DNA of 64,000 nt, from positions 20,100 to 84,099 of the forward strand of contig CACJUF010000002.1 in the NCBI GenBank assembly GCA_902596515.1. The letters run 5' to 3'. Below are positions 60,377 to 64,000 of the stretch, piece after piece; the first letter of the stretch is position 1, and each line of letters starts with the position of its first letter. This DNA is from an uncultured Pelagibacteraceae bacterium. GTDB taxonomy: Bacteria > Pseudomonadota > Alphaproteobacteria > Pelagibacterales > Pelagibacteraceae. The notes under the pieces were generated by a model that was not told where the DNA came from, made no database searches, and saw only the letters and a list, made by a program, of their open reading frames with translations. The translations under genes and the position numbers were made by a program.

Positions 60377-60522
60377 ACCCATCTGTATATTTGCCTGAGA
60401 GTTTTGCTCCTTCGGCGAGAATTAAATCTCTTTCCAGAGTTAATATGTTACGGTCCTTTTTGCCTGAGAGATTCCTGGGCGGTTGCTCCTTCGGCGCTAC
60501 GATAATCTGTAGTCTCTCCCGT
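60377..60522 (-). promoter_or_regulatory. Tandem glycine riboswitch upstream of gcvT
   Basis: Aptamer 1 (60522-60450) ACGGGAGAG...GCCGAAGGAGCAA...CTCTCAGGCAAAAAGGACCGT; aptamer 2 (60440-60377) ACTCTGGAAAGAG...GCCGAAGGAGCAAAACTCTCAGGCAAATATACAGATGGGT. Confidence 0.97.
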
Positions 60523-60528
60523 GAAACA

Positions 60529-60557
60529 ATAGTCCTATAAGTGCCATAAAATGTCAA
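60529..60557 (-). promoter_or_regulatory. Candidate sigma70 promoter for the riboswitch-gcv transcript
   Basis: Perfect TTGACA (60557-60552), 17 nt, GACTAT (60534-60529), 6 nt, then the first base of aptamer 1. Confidence 0.55.
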
Positions 60558-61432
60558 TTGGAAACGATAGCCTTGGGCTTTTTTAAAAGCGTATAAAACT
60601 GTAGTAATACAGCAAAAAGTATTATTGCTCCTCCTATCAATCCATACAATGAGGGTATTTCGTTTACAAAAAGAAAAGCCCAGATAGGACCAAGAACGGA
60701 TTCGGATAGCATGATTATTCCAACCATCGCAGAAGGAGTTGTTCTTGCACCAATTGTTATAAATATAAAACCGAAACCTATTTGAAAAAATCCTGCTAAA
60801 AAACCTAAAAAAATATCATGAGGTGAAATCATTATTGTAGGTGAAAGTGATAAACCAATAAGACATGAACTTATACCTGCAACGAACTGTGCTGGAACCA
60901 TATCAACTGATGGAAATTTTCTAACGATCATTATTAAAACTGCGAAAGTTATTGGCATTGTGAAAGCTGCTAAATTTCCAGATAATTCTCCTGGAGATAA
61001 TGAATTTCCAACCATCAACAGCACTCCTGACATTGCTAAAATAATTGAAATTAACGTAATTAAATTAATTTTTTCTTTTAAGAAAAAAAAACCAAATATA
61101 GCTAAAAATAAGATTTGAAGTGATATGATGAAATTAGTATTAGCAACAGTGGTGTTATACATGGCAAAAACATAACCACAGAAACCAATAGATAATATTA
61201 GTCCACCAATAAAACCTGGTAATCCAGAGTCATAAAACGATTTTAAAACTTTGCTTTTGTAAGTGATAATCAAAAAAGTTAAAACCGTAAGAGAGAAAAA
61301 TAAGGATCTCCAAAATAATATCTGCCATAAAGTTGCACCTTCAAAAGATTTAACTATTAGTCCACCAAAACTTAAACTAAGAGCACCAAAAAATATCAGT
61401 AATGGACCGGGTAAACTTTTTAAAATATTCAT
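60554..61432 (-). CDS. DMT/EamA-family transporter
   Basis: Ten TM; SFGGLIVK, FWRSLF, PSAMVGIIML.E.VLGPIWA. Confidence 0.88.
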   Translation of the reverse strand: MNILKSLPGPLLIFFGALSLSFGGLIVKSFEGATLWQILFWRSLFFSLTVLTFLIITYKSKVLKSFYDSGLPGFIGGLILSIGFCGYVFAMYNTTVANTNFIISLQILFLAIFGFFFLKEKINLITLISIILAMSGVLLMVGNSLSPGELSGNLAAFTMPITFAVLIMIVRKFPSVDMVPAQFVAGISSCLIGLSLSPTIMISPHDIFLGFLAGFFQIGFGFIFITIGARTTPSAMVGIIMLSESVLGPIWAFLFVNEIPSLYGLIGGAIILFAVLLQFYTLLKKPKAIVSN

Positions 61433-62376
61433 TAAATTTGTGAAATTAAATTTTGAGTCTCTAAGTCATACAATTTAAAAAGAGTTTCTGCACTATTTAA
61501 ATCGACCTCCTGAAACTTCAGACTTGAACCTGGAGTTAATTGAACTAATTTGTCATAATCAGCACTTACAACGACGCCGATTTTAGGATATCCACCTATA
61601 GTTCCATGATCTGAAAGCATGATTATTGGATTACCATCAGCTGGCACTTGTATCGCCCCCTTAATTAAGCCCTCAGATCTAATATTAGTATCAATTATAT
61701 TTTCTATTTTTTTTCCCTCTAATCTCATTCCCATACGATCAGATAATTTAGAAACTTTAAATTCATTTTTAAAAAAAATTTTCTTACCCTCTTCAGAAAA
61801 ATAATTGAAATTTGTACCTTTAATTACTCTAATATTTTCTATCTTTGTGTTAACATAATTTAATTTTCTATTCACAAAGTTATTATTAATTTCTTTAACA
61901 TTAATTTTTTGGTTAACAGATAACTTTTCTCCATTATTAGATCCTATCTTTGCTTTAGTATTAGTTGAACAACTAGACCATTGAAATTTTAAATCAAAAG
62001 TACCACTGATTGCTAGATATCCATACACAGATTTATTAGTTGATATAATATCCAATTCATCATCATTTTCTAAAATAAATGATTGATAACATTCTCCATT
62101 AATTAGATTATCACCTTTTTTAATTTTGAAACTGACATTACCAGTAATAGCAATATTAATTTTATCTCCATGATATTTCAAATGAGGGCCTTGATAAGCA
62201 AATTCTATTACTGGATGGTTATGATTATTACCAGTAAGTTTATTAGCTAATAAATAATTTCTATTATCCATAGCTCCACTGAATGGAACTCCTATATGAT
62301 AGAGATTGTTCCTTCCAAGATCTTGGAAAGTTGAGTTAATACCTGCCCTTATAATTTCAAAATAATTTTTATTCAT
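61432..62376 (-). CDS. pxpC: 5-oxoprolinase subunit C (AHS2/carboxyltransferase family)
   Basis: TFQDLGR......GVP.SGAMD, SDRMG.RL.G, IQVPADG.PII...D..T.GGYPK. Confidence 0.88.
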   Translation of the reverse strand: MNKNYFEIIRAGINSTFQDLGRNNLYHIGVPFSGAMDNRNYLLANKLTGNNHNHPVIEFAYQGPHLKYHGDKINIAITGNVSFKIKKGDNLINGECYQSFILENDDELDIISTNKSVYGYLAISGTFDLKFQWSSCSTNTKAKIGSNNGEKLSVNQKINVKEINNNFVNRKLNYVNTKIENIRVIKGTNFNYFSEEGKKIFFKNEFKVSKLSDRMGMRLEGKKIENIIDTNIRSEGLIKGAIQVPADGNPIIMLSDHGTIGGYPKIGVVVSADYDKLVQLTPGSSLKFQEVDLNSAETLFKLYDLETQNLISQI

Positions 62377-63043
62377 GATAATTTTGATATTTTTCTTTAC
62401 TAATTCTTTTGAATGTAACTAAATCGCCTGGATTAATTAAATTGGGTTCTTTTTCTTTAGTACTATCAAAAATATTTAATGGAGTATTTCCAATGATATT
62501 CCATCCCCCAGGGCTTTCAAAAGTGTAGATATTGGCAAATTGCTCAGTCAAACCAATTGAACCTTTTGGAACCTTAATCCTAGGAGTATCAAGACGTTTT
62601 GCTCTAAGATTTTCATCTAAATCTCCAAGGAAAGGCATTCCTGCAATAAATCCTGTCATATAACAAAAAAATTCTTTTTCAAAAAAACTCTCATATATTT
62701 TTTCTTCTTTCATCTTAAGTTTTTCTTCTAATCTTTTTATATCCAAAGAAAATTCTTTTTCACAACAGACAGGAATTTCAAATTTTTTGTGTTGTATGCT
62801 TTCACCTTTAATAATTTCTAAATTATCAATTACTTTTTTAAGTTTATTAAAATTAATTTTTTTAAGGTCAAAAGAAATAATTAATTTATTGTAAGATGGG
62901 GTAATATTATTCACTCCTGCAATATCTTTTTTTTGAATAGTTTTAAAATATTTGATTACTTGTGTGTTAATGTCTTTATTTACCTCTTTACCAAAATCAC
63001 AATACAAAGCTGCGTCACCAAGATTTGATATATTTTTTATCAT
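62369..63043 (-). CDS. pxpB: 5-oxoprolinase subunit B (AHS1 family)
   Basis: LGDAAL, PSYN, GFIAG.PFLG, PR.KVP.GS.G, SPGGWNIIG.T. Confidence 0.9.
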   Translation of the reverse strand: MIKNISNLGDAALYCDFGKEVNKDINTQVIKYFKTIQKKDIAGVNNITPSYNKLIISFDLKKINFNKLKKVIDNLEIIKGESIQHKKFEIPVCCEKEFSLDIKRLEEKLKMKEEKIYESFFEKEFFCYMTGFIAGMPFLGDLDENLRAKRLDTPRIKVPKGSIGLTEQFANIYTFESPGGWNIIGNTPLNIFDSTKEKEPNLINPGDLVTFKRISKEKYQNYHE

Positions 63044-63064
63044 GCCATGTTATACTGAAGAATA

Positions 63065-63844
63065 ATGATTATTGAAATTAATATAAATTGTGATTTAGGC
63101 GAAAAATCTAAACATCATTCTAACAAGCATGATCCTGACTTACTTGAAATAGTTAATTCAGCAAATATAGCATGTGGTTATCATGCAGGTGATGAGGAAA
63201 CTATGAATCAAGTTGTAGAAATATCAAAAAAAAATGGTGTCAGTATTGGTGCACATCCATCTTTTAATGATCCTGAAAATTTTGGGAGAGAACGAATGAA
63301 TTTATCCTCTTCTGAATTAGAAAAATTAATAATTGATCAATATGAAATTCTTCAAACAATTTCGTCTAATCATGGTGAAAATGTAACTCATATAAAACCA
63401 CATGGAGCTTTAAATAATATGGCATGTGAAGATATTGATTTAGCAACGACTTTAGCAAAAGTAATTAAAAGAATAAATCCAGACTTAATTTATTTAGTAC
63501 CAACTGGATCTAAAATGGAACAAGCTGCTAAAAAATTAGATATGAAAATTGCTTGTGAAATATTTGCTGACAGAAATTATGAGGATGATGGAAATCTTGT
63601 ATCAAGAAAAAAACCTCATGCTTTAATAACTGACCCAGAACAAGCAAAAAAACATGTGTTAAAAATGGTGCAAACTCAGTCACTTAATTGTCACAGTGGG
63701 AAACAAATACCTTGTGAAATCGATTCTGTATGTATACATGGCGATAATATTAGTTCCTTGGAAACGGCTAAATCTATAAGAAAAAATTTACTGGATAACG
63801 GACTAAAATTAAAAACATTAAATAAAATGAAAAAATTTATATGA
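63065..63844 (+). CDS. pxpA: 5-oxoprolinase subunit A (LamB/YcsF)
   Basis: NCDLGE, SANIACG.HAGD, GAHPSF, KPHGAL.N, E.FADR.Y, CIHGD. Confidence 0.95.
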   Translation: MIIEININCDLGEKSKHHSNKHDPDLLEIVNSANIACGYHAGDEETMNQVVEISKKNGVSIGAHPSFNDPENFGRERMNLSSSELEKLIIDQYEILQTISSNHGENVTHIKPHGALNNMACEDIDLATTLAKVIKRINPDLIYLVPTGSKMEQAAKKLDMKIACEIFADRNYEDDGNLVSRKKPHALITDPEQAKKHVLKMVQTQSLNCHSGKQIPCEIDSVCIHGDNISSLETAKSIRKNLLDNGLKLKTLNKMKKFI

Positions 63845-64000
63845 TTAAAAATTTACTTATTTCTCTTATTATATCTACTTTAGTTATCTCAAACTCGTAT
63901 GCTGCAGGATCGAGTGATAGTGGTTCCTCTAAAACTAAAACAAAATATGATATGGCTGTTACACATATTAAAGCAGCAAAAAATTTCGAAAAAAAAGATG
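63841..64000 (+). CDS. Exported protein, 5' part only (runs off the right edge); possibly TPR-containing
   Basis: ATGA overlap with the pxpA stop; MIKNLLISLIISTLVISNSYAAGSSDSGSS... signal peptide; open to 64000. Confidence 0.6.
   Translation, partial: MIKNLLISLIISTLVISNSYAAGSSDSGSSKTKTKYDMAVTHIKAAKNFEKKD

Noticed and set aside
60255-60557. ORFs overlapping the glycine riboswitch on both strands
   Set aside because: Explained by the GC-richer structured RNA lacking stops.
1010-61804. Many 60-110 aa ORFs antisense to or nested in recognised genes
   Set aside because: Shadow frames of well-supported CDSs, with no independent motifs.
1-64000. tRNA, rRNA, CRISPR, IS/integrase, prophage or defence genes
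   Set aside because: No cloverleaf, repeat-spacer array, terminal inverted repeats, recombinase or nuclease motifs seen; no flanking direct repeats found at the 44.7-49.1 kb island.

Overview
Very AT-rich, tightly packed alphaproteobacterial chromosome segment. Gene content, near-zero intergenic spacing and a tandem glycine riboswitch on gcvT point to SAR11/Pelagibacteraceae (inference; no rRNA here to confirm). About the first 32 kb is mostly housekeeping: 3' end of an nrdJ-like gene, aspS, hda-like, purMN, ndk, pepA, lptFGD-surA-pdxA-rsmA, gmk, acpP-fabG-fabD, rpsF-rpsR-rplI-dnaB, MMPL, cvpA-purF, gshAB, cmk. The rest is metabolic/accessory: amidinotransferase with DMT, SufU-like and HPP genes, a HAAT-family ABC transporter, NAD-dependent formate dehydrogenase, msrA-selO, a five-gene glycosylation island, tspO, a cfa/DUF1365/COG2907 lipid cluster, gcvTHP and pxpABC. 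No tRNA, rRNA, CRISPR array, integrase, transposase or phage gene was seen. Best candidates for an undescribed system: (1) the 44.7-49.1 kb island, pairing actinomycete-type 2,6-dideoxysugar enzymes (a half-length 2,3-dehydratase and a 3-ketoreductase-like protein) with a GtrB/ArnC-type lipid-carrier glycosyltransferase, a methyltransferase and a polytopic membrane protein; (2) a furan-fatty-acid-like cluster starting 3 nt after gcvP; (3) a glycine-amidinotransferase-like enzyme with an altered acceptor site; (4) an unlisted 27-aa membrane peptide ORF coupled to the ABC permease. All family assignments come from motif recognition by eye; no searches were run.
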